Assembly: GCA_965219455.1 (NCBI GenBank)
Contig: OZ244744.1
Location: forward strand, 1,408,001 to 1,472,000
DNA from: Candidatus Latescibacterota bacterium
Lineage (GTDB): Bacteria; Latescibacterota; UBA2968; GCA-2709665
Reading direction: 5' to 3'
Length of the DNA: 64,000 bases
In this document: piece after piece, positions 10,601 to 19,800 of the stretch
Layout: the number at the start of each line of letters is the position of its first letter
Numbering within the stretch: the first letter of the stretch is position 1
Position numbers and translations under genes: made by a program
Notes under the pieces: model-generated
Told to the model about the DNA's origin: nothing
Database searches by the model: none
The model's input: the letters and a program-made list of their open reading frames with translations, nothing else

Positions 10601-11707
10601 CCGGACCCCGACGAGGAGGGGACTGCGCCGACCATCCTGTCGATCGCCTTCACCAGCGACCCGGGGCGGGACAACGCCTACGCCTCCGGCAACCTGATCG
10701 ACGTGACGGTGACCTTCAGCGAGCAGGTGCGGGTGACCGGAAGGCCGCAGCTGGAGCTGGACTTCGACGGCGTGGCCAAAGTGGCGACGTACCGCGGCGG
10801 AACGGCCACAACGGCGATCTTCAGCTACAGCGTGAGAGCGGCCGACGTGGACGTCGACGGCATCGCCATCGGCGCGAACAAGCTGAGCCTGGACCGCGCC
10901 TCCATCTGGGACATGGGCGTGCCCGGGAACAGGGCCAACGTGACCCACGACGCGGTGCCCCCCGACCCCGGCCACAAGGTGAACCCTCCGGACGTGACGG
11001 CGCCGGTCTTCGTGAGCGCCGCGACCTCCGATGACGGGACCCGGGTCGTCCTCACCTTCAGCGAAAGGATCACCGTACCGGCGCTGCTGCGCTCGATCGT
11101 CCGAATCGTCCGAGTCGGCCTCGCCCGGTTCTTCATAGCGGTGATTGGCGTGACAGTGGACGGCGATGAGGTGATCCCCTTCACCGCCGGCATTTCCCGG
11201 ACCAACCTCATCATGACCTTGCGTGAGCCCGTGACCCGGGGGCAGGAGGTCGCCGTGGCCTACGACAACATCTTCGCCCGCGACGCCGTCGGCATTTTCA
11301 TCGACGAAGCGGGCAACGCCCTGCAGAACTTCCCGTCCCGACCGGTCACGAACCGGTCCACGGTGGCCGACTCCGAGGAGGAGGACACCACCCCGGATCT
11401 GAAACTGAGCCGGACGGAACTTCCGGTCACCGAGGGGGAGAACGCCGCCTACTCCGTGGCCCTGGGTAGCCAGCCCACGGCCTCGGTGACCGTTGCGATC
11501 GCGAGCTCTTCGAGCAAACTGTCGGTCAGTCCCGGAAATCTCGCGTTCACCACGGAAAACTGGAACGACGCCCAGACGGTAACGCTCACCGCGGGCCAGG
11601 ACGACGACAACCTGAACTACTGGGTACGCGTGAGTCATACGGCCGGCGGAGGGGGCTACGACTCGGCCGCGGCGAACGTGTACGTGGTCATTCAGGATGA
11701 CGACTGA
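7640..11707 (+). CDS. Large secreted multidomain protein: 2 choice-of-anchor-R-like domains, Calx-beta, FN3, Cys-capped LRR array, Ig-like/SwmB-like domains
   Basis: AAGGA RBS, signal peptide MSRFFVVPILLTFVVLTNAEA, about 10 LxLxxNDLTSLPxGxFD repeats, and FN3 motif VTVTGLRAGVAYTFQVRAV. No FlgD-type C-terminal domain. Confidence 0.85.
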   Translation: MSRFFVVPILLTFVVLTNAEAQQTPILLVSNIDKTRNTGPGSRLVAGESMVAIGFGTGDDNGGYALTGLDVKFHQDQGTGEEVRIELWSSGYPRSNGNRPYEKLVVFDNPDRITEGDNAFTLPQPFYLNDGWTYFIVGRAPEYRPGDESTQWWFATTDSDAQSDRIDNDWWIGDNTFRYAGSGAWPDRVTTLSRVPMIAIKGYELDRLVYNTGESTDGYHVVGGNWLAQVFTTGHDNEGYDLHSIALALEEDSGRGLPTDGDHLTASLYTTRTAGSERHPDRKLFDFVSPPVFREGIDNEFVAPQGSTLERDTRYAFVLRRSTGAWAYVRRTRGDDEDGQDEWWIRNEVYKSTDGAAWNPDTRALKMRLYGKRRSEEIPGQVLDIGADRTEREGSNFDVPVTLSETSAQAVSVSFRGTGGTAAGSDYSHHGQPMVTIEAGQTTAWINFDVTNDDAQEDEEYFFLELHSPTHAVIGRARARITIPANDEPPDDAGAPFGTPANLTATLGNAAATLSWRAPAATADVRRHEYRYRTGGSYPSTWTPIEDSAPGGANAAGVTVTGLRAGVAYTFQVRAVSTGGETSDAATAATLPVCSRTSRVRNAILARLPGINNCADVTAYNLRNIDGEMNLHGRGITSLKAGDFSGLNGLEFLTLSGNRLSTLPAGVFDGLSAVRELSLQTNDLSSLPDGAFRGLTGPLWIKLSGNEFTAFPGEALDDLGSNLTGLYLGFNDLSSLPNDAFEDFKRLRTIDLENNDLTSLPDGIFDDVGTLEYLYLGSNDLTSLPGGVFDDLRGLLHLYLTNNELTAVLVGAFDRLAALQDLDLGDNDLTSLPDGVFDGTRDLKRLNLKGNKLTALPEGAFEGLSKLTRVHLDGVTLIPGLLLEGGGVAVRVAEGAPFPMNVTLSAEGANLASTAATIPAGATTSGAIAVTLRGGRSARGTITVASATFQRDPDDYEGLDIRTGAGLILTRGSEGLQGEAVPAPEPPPDPDEEGTAPTILSIAFTSDPGRDNAYASGNLIDVTVTFSEQVRVTGRPQLELDFDGVAKVATYRGGTATTAIFSYSVRAADVDVDGIAIGANKLSLDRASIWDMGVPGNRANVTHDAVPPDPGHKVNPPDVTAPVFVSAATSDDGTRVVLTFSERITVPALLRSIVRIVRVGLARFFIAVIGVTVDGDEVIPFTAGISRTNLIMTLREPVTRGQEVAVAYDNIFARDAVGIFIDEAGNALQNFPSRPVTNRSTVADSEEEDTTPDLKLSRTELPVTEGENAAYSVALGSQPTASVTVAIASSSSKLSVSPGNLAFTTENWNDAQTVTLTAGQDDDNLNYWVRVSHTAGGGGYDSAAANVYVVIQDDD

Positions 11708-11763
11708 AAGGATCGTCCGGCGTCGAGGGCGCCGGAATCTCACTTAGCGGCCCGAGGCTGCAA

Positions 11764-11979
11764 ATGAAACGATCGATATTATTTATTGCCGTAATGTTAC
11801 CCCTCTGCCTGTGTGCTGACGCCAACGCTCCCTTGCCGCTCGATACGTGGGAACTGGTAGAAGGCCTGACGTTGGCGTTCGCGCGCTCGATCTCCGGGCG
11901 TCCCGTCCACTATGCCTGGAGCGGGGTCACCGACGAGGCCAGCCGGGTGGATCTGGACATTGTCACCCTGGACTGGTAG
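11764..11979 (+). CDS. Short secreted ORF, probably a truncated fragment
   Basis: Signal peptide MKRSILFIAVMLPLCLCADA; its TAG is followed by open in-frame codons (GVTGYYRAR..) running into ORF 12022. Confidence 0.45.
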   Translation: MKRSILFIAVMLPLCLCADANAPLPLDTWELVEGLTLAFARSISGRPVHYAWSGVTDEASRVDLDIVTLDW

Positions 11980-12021
11980 GGAGTCACCGGCTACTACCGC
12001 GCCCGCAAAGGAGGAAATTCA

Positions 12022-12798
12022 ATGAACTACGTGCCGTCTTTTTGCATCGTCGCGTTCATGGGTCTGGCGTCCACCGTTGCCGCGGAACGGCAGCCGTTTG
12101 AGGGACGGGTCGTGAACGGGAAGTCCCTTCCAATCCATCGGGCGCGGGTCGTGCTTTACAGGCTCGACAATCCGCGCGCGCGGCTGACGACCATCACGGA
12201 CGAAAACGGCGCCTTCTCGCTGCCCCTGAGAGACCTCGCCCCGCCGCGACCCAACGCACTGCGGCAGAACCATCCCAATCCGTTCAATCCCTCCACCCTC
12301 ATACCCTTCGAGATCTCGGAGGGTGGACACGTTCGCCTGGACGTGTTCAACATTCTGGGCCAACGCGTGGTCACGCTGATCGACGAAGAGCGCCCGGCCG
12401 GGTTTCACAGGGTGCTGTGGGACGGCACGGACGCTGTCGGCCGGGGCGTGAGCGCGGGGGTTTACATCTACCGGCTCAGCACCGGGAACTGGCGCGACGC
12501 GCGGAAATTGATGCTGCTCGACGGCGCATCGGAGCGTTCGGGCGGTGGAGCCTCGAATTTCAGCGAAGAAAAGGCTCACGCGTTCGGCGTGAGGATCACC
12601 GGCGAGGGAATATTGCCGGAAACCTTCACCTGGACCCCCGGCATGGGGTCCCTGGTGGCGGAGGTGAGACGTATCGAAGACATCCTTCCGCCCGAGGTCG
12701 AGCACCCCGATACGGCGGCCAATCCCTTCTCGGGGACCAGCCTCGCCTCGATTATCCAGGTTGTTTCCGCGTACGGCGTCGACCCCGGCGGGGATTGA
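12022..12798 (+). CDS. Secreted protein with carboxypeptidase-regulatory-like N-domain and internal FlgD-Ig/T9SS-A-like domain
   Basis: GGAGG RBS, signal peptide, GRVVNG..ARVVLY..TDENGAFSL, then LRQNHPNPFNPSTLIPFE..WDGTDAVGRGVSAGVYIYRL. Confidence 0.75.
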   Translation: MNYVPSFCIVAFMGLASTVAAERQPFEGRVVNGKSLPIHRARVVLYRLDNPRARLTTITDENGAFSLPLRDLAPPRPNALRQNHPNPFNPSTLIPFEISEGGHVRLDVFNILGQRVVTLIDEERPAGFHRVLWDGTDAVGRGVSAGVYIYRLSTGNWRDARKLMLLDGASERSGGGASNFSEEKAHAFGVRITGEGILPETFTWTPGMGSLVAEVRRIEDILPPEVEHPDTAANPFSGTSLASIIQVVSAYGVDPGGD

Positions 12799-13033
12799 GC
12801 CGGCCAAACCCATTCATCAAAGAAGCAAGATCACATGGCACATCGGAAATCGATCAAACCGGCATCGGCGGCGCTGGCCGGCCAGGATGGGGTGGTATTC
12901 GGCGCGGTCTGGCGCCAGGACTGACCGGGCAACTGTGGGAGAGGCCACCGCTGGCCCCAGGACCGAGGGCATCCTGCCTCGACATTGGCTCCTTGAGAAC
13001 CCCCCATTGCAATCCATGAAAGGGGACGTTGCC

Positions 13034-16000
13034 ATGGATTTGAAATCGACCGACGTCGACCGGAACGGGCCATCGCCCCGGGCACGACGATGCCTCGCCC
13101 TCGCCGCGGCCCTCTGCAGCGTCCTCTTCGCGGCCTCGCTTGTCATCGCGCCGCCGGCCTCTGCGCAAGACGTGACCATCTGGTCCGCCGACCTGGAGGT
13201 GAAAACCCTCAATGCCGCCCAGGACGAATTCGGTTGTTCCCACACTACCCCCTTTAATGGGCAGTGCGCCAACTCCAATGTTCTATCCGACGACGACTTC
13301 AGCTTGCACGGCAACCCATACACAATCACGAGGATCGAAGACGACGGCAGCGAGCTGGAACTGACTCTGGATACCGCCCTTCCCTCGAACGTGCTCGAGT
13401 TCCTGACCCTGAAAGTGGGCGATACCGAGCTGGCCTTTGAGGACGCCCGCGTCAGCTCCAGCAACAAGCGTTACACCTGGTCGTCCAGCCCCTCCTGGTC
13501 TTTGGGCGACGACGTGGACCTCAGCATCACGGACGCCAGCGGGCCGTCCCTGGTAACGAACACCTCCCTGGATGATAACGAAAGGAACCTCTTTGAAAAT
13601 GGCCATCGAAGTGCGCAAGCATTCACGGCCGGGACCTGGGCGCGGGTCACATTAATCGGAATCGGGATTGGAGATGAAGTCGATGACGACGTGGAGGTCA
13701 CATTGCACAAGGGCGGGGGAAGCAATCCCGGCGACAGACTGAAGAGGCTGTCGAACCCCTCGAGCATCACGGCGGATTTGGTCAACGTATTCACCGTTCC
13801 CGACGGCGGCATCGTGCTGGAGGCATCGAAAACGTACTTCGTGCAGGTCAAAACGACCTCGAGCGACAGGGTAGCCGTTTCCGTAACCGGACCCCTTTCG
13901 GGCGGCAACGCCGAAGACGACGGGGCCGCTGAGAATTGGACCATCGACAATGGTTCGTGGACAAACAGGCCTTCGATCGGTACATGGCAAGCAAGCAATC
14001 AGTCGATGCGAATCGACGTCAAGGGTGAGGTGCTCCTGGACCCGCCGACCAATCCGAGCGCTCGTGCAGTTGCGCCGATGCGGGTCACGCTCAGATGGGA
14101 CAGGACCTTACCGTCTCCAAAAGGCACAATCGATAGGGACGACGGCTACAAGATCGAATGGTCCGCCGATGGCAACGATCCGTGGACGTCGCTCGTGAAC
14201 GTCACGAACCAGTACGTGACCGATAGCGACATCTGGTGCACGTGCTACCCTACGCGATTCAACGACAACACCATCACGCCCGGGACCACGCGCCACTACC
14301 GGATCAAGGCGGTCGACGACGACGACGAGAGCGCCTGGTCCGACGTGGTCAGCGCCACCACGCCGGGGCTGGTGGATTCCGATCAGGGCCGGTTCGAATA
14401 CGGCGCGGTGGTTTCGGAATTCAACGCGCTCACCGATCAGAAGGTGTTCCGAATCGACTTGGATCCGGGCGAGAGCTATCGGTTCACCATCGCGGGGAAG
14501 GCGACCAGGCACCGGGTGATCGTGACCGACCCGGGCGGCACGGAGACCTGGAACGACGTGCTGGAAGCGAACAACACTCTCATACCGAGATTCACGACGC
14601 AGGGGGCCGGCGACCACCAGGTCAAGATCTCGCACGGCGGGAGTCCCGGACAATACACGAGCCTGAACGCGGGATGGTTCCAGTTCGTGCTCGTGCCGGA
14701 GCGCGATGATGAGTCGGAGTTTTCTCTTACTCCCCTCGAGGGCACGTTAGAACTATTGGTACTCAACACCTACGGCGACGTTGACCGCATCGGATTGCTG
14801 GTGCAGCCGGGCAAGGCGTATGCCGTCCGGGTCCGGGGTCGCGAGACGGATGAGGGCACCGCCGCGACGCCGCGGATCAAGCGCGCCATGCCGCCGGCGA
14901 CGACCCACGTGTACAACATGGGCAAGCCGTGGGTGGAGGGCGTGACCACTACCGAGGAATCGACCGTTACCTGTAAGACGACGAAACCGGGCGACAGCGA
15001 TAGGTGCCAGGAATTTCAGGCCTTCGTGATCGACCTGCGGGGGCAGACCGGCGCGCAGCAGACGTGGCACATCATCGTCGCCCCGACGGCGCGCCCCCGC
15101 ACCTATCCGTACCGTGTGGGCATCTACTCAGTACTTCTGGACGAGCTTTCGGCCAGCCAACTGGAGGGGGTGCGGATGCCGCTGAGGGGGTGGTTCGCGT
15201 CGCAGCCGTCGCAGCACGACGGGTCGAAGGCGATCAAGGTCCGGGTGGGGTTCAGCGATGCGGTCGACGAGAGCCCGGAGAACGTGGGCCGGCATGGTGT
15301 GAGCGTGGACGGCGGCGAAGTGACGTCGGTACGCCCGGTGGGCGGACAGGAGCAGGACGACGCGGCGGAGCGCAAGGGGACCCGCTCGGCAAGCGTTCGG
15401 CAAGACGAACAGGAAGACCGGGAGGTCGTGTGGGAGTTCGAGATCGAGCCGGACTCGGACGGTGACGTGACGGTGTCGCTGGAGGCGTGGCGCCCGTGCG
15501 GCGAGCCGGGCGCGATCTGCACCGCGGACGGACGGGTGCTGTCGGAGGGGATCTCGACGACGGTGCGGGGCCCGGCGGCGGATGAGCAAGAGCCTCAGGA
15601 ACAGGAACAGAAACCGCCGGATCAGGAGGAGGAAGAACAACCCCAGGAGCCAGGGCCGCCGGCGCTGACGGCGTCGTTCGAGGGCATGCCGGCGAAGCAC
15701 AAAGGCGAGGGCGGGTTCCGCTTCCGCGTCGCCTTCAGCGAAAACATCGGGATCAGCTTCCGGGCGCTGCGCGAGGACGCGTTCACGGTCAGCGGCGGGC
15801 GCGTGACGGGCGGAAAGCGGGTGGACGGCCGCCGCGACCTGTTCGCGATGACGGTGCGGCCGGTTTCGAACGGTGACGTGACCATCACGCTGCCGGCCGG
15901 GCGCGAGTGCTCGGTGTCCGGTGCGATCTGCACGAAGGGGGAGAACCGGCGCAAGCTGACCAACGCGCCCTCGGCCACGGTGCGGGGCCCGGCGGCAGAA

Positions 16001-16732
16001 ACGCAAGAGCCTCAGGAGCAGAAGCCTCAGGAGCAGAAGCCTCAGGAGCAGGAGGCGGCGGCAGCAGAGCAAGAGCCTCAGGAGCAGAAGCCTCAGGAGC
16101 AGGAGGAGGAAGAACAACCCCAAAAGCCGCCGCCGGCGCCGCGGAACCTGACGGGTGTCGCCAACGACGACGGCTCGGTGACCCTGAGCTGGGACGCCCC
16201 CGGCGATGACTCGGTAACCGGCTACCGGATCCTGCGGCGGCACACCGTCAAGCAGGCCCCGGGCGTGTTCTCCACGCTGGCGGCCAACACGGGCACGACC
16301 GCGACGACCTATACGGACGGCGTCGCGTCGCCGGAGACCCGCTACGCCTACCGGGTGAAGGCCGTGAACGCTGCCGGCGCCGGCAAGCGGTCCAACTACG
16401 TCAAGGTGACCACGAAGAGGGCCGACCCGGCGTCCAAGCCGGCGCTCGCGGACGGGCCGCCGGGCCTGGCGCCGAATGCGCCCAACCCCTTCAACGCCAG
16501 CACCCTCATTCCCTACCGGCTGGACGCGGACGGACCCGTGCGCCTGGAGATCTACAACCTCCTCGGGCAGCGCATACGCACACTGGTGAACGAGGTGCAG
16601 GCCGCGGGGGCCTACCGGGTGTCCTGGGACGCCCGCGACGCAGCGGGGCGGCGCATGTCCTCGGGGGTGTATTTCCTGCGCCTGCACTATCCGGGCGGCG
16701 TGCAGACGCGGAGGATGCTCTACCTGAAATAG
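13034..16732 (+). CDS. Array gene A: secreted FN3/Ig-like multidomain protein with C-terminal FlgD-Ig/T9SS-A-like sorting domain
   Basis: Start MDLKST.. with RBS AAGGGGA, signal peptide ending PPASA-Q, two FN3, two C-x3-GAIC domains, QEQKP linkers, C-terminal LAPNAPNPFNAST..GVQTRRMLYLK. Confidence 0.88.
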   Translation: MDLKSTDVDRNGPSPRARRCLALAAALCSVLFAASLVIAPPASAQDVTIWSADLEVKTLNAAQDEFGCSHTTPFNGQCANSNVLSDDDFSLHGNPYTITRIEDDGSELELTLDTALPSNVLEFLTLKVGDTELAFEDARVSSSNKRYTWSSSPSWSLGDDVDLSITDASGPSLVTNTSLDDNERNLFENGHRSAQAFTAGTWARVTLIGIGIGDEVDDDVEVTLHKGGGSNPGDRLKRLSNPSSITADLVNVFTVPDGGIVLEASKTYFVQVKTTSSDRVAVSVTGPLSGGNAEDDGAAENWTIDNGSWTNRPSIGTWQASNQSMRIDVKGEVLLDPPTNPSARAVAPMRVTLRWDRTLPSPKGTIDRDDGYKIEWSADGNDPWTSLVNVTNQYVTDSDIWCTCYPTRFNDNTITPGTTRHYRIKAVDDDDESAWSDVVSATTPGLVDSDQGRFEYGAVVSEFNALTDQKVFRIDLDPGESYRFTIAGKATRHRVIVTDPGGTETWNDVLEANNTLIPRFTTQGAGDHQVKISHGGSPGQYTSLNAGWFQFVLVPERDDESEFSLTPLEGTLELLVLNTYGDVDRIGLLVQPGKAYAVRVRGRETDEGTAATPRIKRAMPPATTHVYNMGKPWVEGVTTTEESTVTCKTTKPGDSDRCQEFQAFVIDLRGQTGAQQTWHIIVAPTARPRTYPYRVGIYSVLLDELSASQLEGVRMPLRGWFASQPSQHDGSKAIKVRVGFSDAVDESPENVGRHGVSVDGGEVTSVRPVGGQEQDDAAERKGTRSASVRQDEQEDREVVWEFEIEPDSDGDVTVSLEAWRPCGEPGAICTADGRVLSEGISTTVRGPAADEQEPQEQEQKPPDQEEEEQPQEPGPPALTASFEGMPAKHKGEGGFRFRVAFSENIGISFRALREDAFTVSGGRVTGGKRVDGRRDLFAMTVRPVSNGDVTITLPAGRECSVSGAICTKGENRRKLTNAPSATVRGPAAETQEPQEQKPQEQKPQEQEAAAAEQEPQEQKPQEQEEEEQPQKPPPAPRNLTGVANDDGSVTLSWDAPGDDSVTGYRILRRHTVKQAPGVFSTLAANTGTTATTYTDGVASPETRYAYRVKAVNAAGAGKRSNYVKVTTKRADPASKPALADGPPGLAPNAPNPFNASTLIPYRLDADGPVRLEIYNLLGQRIRTLVNEVQAAGAYRVSWDARDAAGRRMSSGVYFLRLHYPGGVQTRRMLYLK
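16003..16120 (+). repeat. 15-bp tandem repeats encoding QEQKP linker
   Basis: CAGGAGCAGAAGCCT units in two blocks; related linker at 15587-15650. Confidence 0.8.
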
Positions 16733-16880
16733 GCCCGGCATGGAGATCGCCGCCGACCGCATCCTCTCGGCCGGAATCGAGGCGGCGGCGGTCCTCAACC
16801 GGCCTTCATGAAAGTAATGGAGACGTTGCCATGCATTTGAAATCGACCCACCACCGGCCGGCCGGGCAACCGCTCCCGGC
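16427..16880 (+). repeat. Junction repeat J1 (sorting-domain coding + stop + stem-loop + MHLKST leader)
   Basis: Closely matches J2-J5 by direct comparison. Confidence 0.9.
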
Positions 16881-19800
16881 ACAAATGCCCCCCCGATTTT
16901 TTCGGGGCCGCAACGGAGCCGCGGCGATGACTCGCGGCATCAGACCGGTCCGGCTGCCCCGGGTTTCTGCCCTCGTTGCGGTCGCCCGGGTGTCCGCCGC
17001 GGTGTTGTTCGTGCTCTTCGCCGCCCTTCCCGCCACGGCGCAACCTTCCGCACCGCAGGGCTTCGCGGCGTCGAACGGCAACGCGCAGGTGAAGCTCACC
17101 TGGGACGCGCCGGCGGAGGACGCGGACATCGCGCGCCACGAGTACCGGTTCAAGACCACCGGCGACTACCCCGCCGCGTGGACGGCAATCGAGGAAAGCG
17201 CGCCGGGCGGGCTCCACGAGGACTGGGTCGTGGTGACGGGCCTGACCAACGACGTGGCCTACACGTTCCAGTTGCGCACGGTGAACGCGGGCGGCGACGT
17301 CAGCACCGCGGCGGATGCGGGTCCGGCGACGCCGAGGTCCGGCGTCTGCGGCCGCACCGAGCAGGTGCGGGACGCGATCGTGGCTGCGATCGCCGGCGTG
17401 TCGGACTGCGCCGACGTGACGACGGCGGAATTGGCCGATGTGACTGTGCTGGATCTCAGGAGGACGGGCTTCAAGTCTCTGCAGCCGGGCGACTTCTCCG
17501 GCATGGCGGCGCTGACGACGCTCGATCTTGGTGGTTTCAACTATCTCAGTTCGCTTCCCGACGGCGTGTTCTCCGACCTGACGGCGCTGGAGTGGCTCGA
17601 TCTTGGTTCCAACGAGCTCACCTCGCTTCCCGCCGGCGTGTTCTCCGGCCTGACCGCGCTGGAGCAGCTCCTTATCAGCAACAACGAGCTCACCTCGCTT
17701 CCCGCCGGCGTGTTCTCCGGCCTGACGGCGCTGACGAGGCTGGAACTGCACAACAACGGTAGACCCGCTGCCGCTGACCGTGACGCTGGAGAGGAACCCG
17801 GATGCCGTCGAGATCCGCGCGGTGGTGCTGACCGCGGCGCCGTTCGCGGTGCCGCTGAGCGTGAGCGTGGAGAACGGCGGCCTCGCGGGCGGGGCGGCCA
17901 CGATCACGGTCCCGACCGGTGCACGGGAGAGCGCGTGGGTCGGCGTGACCCGCACGGCCGGCACGACCGGGGCGGTGACCGCGGACATCGACCTGACCAC
18001 CCAGCCGAGCCTGCCCACCAACAACGGCGGCTACGCCTTCGTCAAGTCCGCGAGCGACCTGCCGCTGACGGTCGAGCCCGCGACCGATCCGGTCTGGTCC
18101 ACGACCATGACGGCGGGTGACACTCCGGCGGGGCACGGCTACGACAGGACCGACCTCGACGCGCCCACGATCGGGGCGCTCGACGACGACAATTTCGATT
18201 ACGGGTCCTCTTCCTATGGGGTCCTTGCCCTCGACGTGGCGACGAATGTCGTCAGATTCGTCGTCGCCGAGTCCGGACTTCCGACGAATGAAATCCTGAC
18301 GCTGGAGCTCGGCGGGCACGCGCTCGCATTCTCGGATCGACACAACGTTATCAGCGGCCAAAGCCGATGGTATTGGACCGTTCCGGCCGCACTGGACGAT
18401 CTGGAGACCGAGTTTCCGGTCGGGAGCACGGCGACGGTGTGCCTGCGCACGGCGACGCAGGTGTGTCCGACGGGGAGCATCGTGACGCCCACGAACGCGG
18501 CGCCGGCGTTCAGCTCTTCGGCGACGTTCGACGCGGCGGAGAACCAGACGGCGGCCGGCACGGTGCTGGCGACGGACGGCGACACGGACGACGACGTCAC
18601 CGGCTACGCGATCACCGGCGGGGCGGATGAGGCGCTGTTCGAGATCGGGATGACGGACGGCGCCCTGACGTTCAAGACGGCGCCGAACTTCGAGGACGCC
18701 AAAGACCAGGGCACGAACAACACCTACGTGGTCGAGGTTACGGCGACCAGCGGCATGGGCACGCGGGAGAAGACGGCGACGCAGACGATCACGGTGACGG
18801 TCACGGACGTGAGCGGCGAGAAGCCGGCCGCGCCGGCCGCGCCGACGGTGGCGGCGGCCTCGGTGACCAGCCTGACGGTGAACTGGTCGGCGCCGTCCAA
18901 CGCGGGCCCGGCGATTACGGACTACGATTACCGCCACCGGACGACCTCGCCGCAGGGCACGTGGACGGAGGTGACCGGCACGGCGATCACGGGCACCGCG
19001 GCGACGATCGCGGGTCTGGCGGAGAACACGTCCTACGACGTGCAGGTGCGGGCGACCAACGACGAGGGCACCGGCGACTGGTCGGACGCGGGAACCGGCA
19101 CGACGGACGCCAACGCGGCGCCGGCGTTCAGCTCTTCGGCGACGTTCGACGCGGCGGAGAACCAGACCTCGGCGGGCACGGTGGTGGCGACCGACAGCGA
19201 TGCGGGCGACGACATCACGGGCTACGCGATCACCGGCGGGGCGGACCAGGCGCTGTTCGAGATCGGGATGACGGACGGCGCCCTGACGTTCAAGACGGCG
19301 CCGAACTACGAGGACGCCAAAGACCAGGGCACGAACAACACCTACGTGGTGACGGTCGAGGCGACCAGCGGCATGGGCGAGCGGGAGAAGACGGCGACGC
19401 AGACGATCACGGTGACGGTCACCGACGCGGCCGGGGAGGCGCCGGGCAAGCCGGACGCGCCGGACGTGGCGGCGGCCTCGGTGACCAGCCTGACGGTGAA
19501 CTGGTCGGCGCCGGCCAACGCCGGTCCGGCCATCACCGACTACGACGTGCAGTACCGGGAGGGCACGAGCGGCAGCTGGACGGACGGCGGCCACACCGGC
19601 ACCGCCACCACGGCGACGCTGTCGAGTCTGTCGGAGAACACGTCCTATCAGGTACAGGTGCGGGCCACCAACGACGAGGGCACCGGCTCGTGGTCGGACT
19701 CGGGCAGCGGCACGACGGACGCCAACGCGGCGCCGACGTTCACGTCTTCGGCGACGTTCGACGCGGCGGAGAACCAGACGGCAGCCGGCACGGTGAGGGC

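Noticed and set aside
5801-11979. Amber (TAG) recoding suggested by two in-frame TAGs
   Set aside because: TAG is the normal stop of array genes A-E, the RNB gene and phoR; the WD40 gene is independently broken by a MITE.
16740-16811. Small ORF MEIAADRILSAGIE.AAVLNRPS in each junction
   Set aside because: No RBS, frameshifted in J2 and truncated in J5; better explained as a by-product of the stem-loop.
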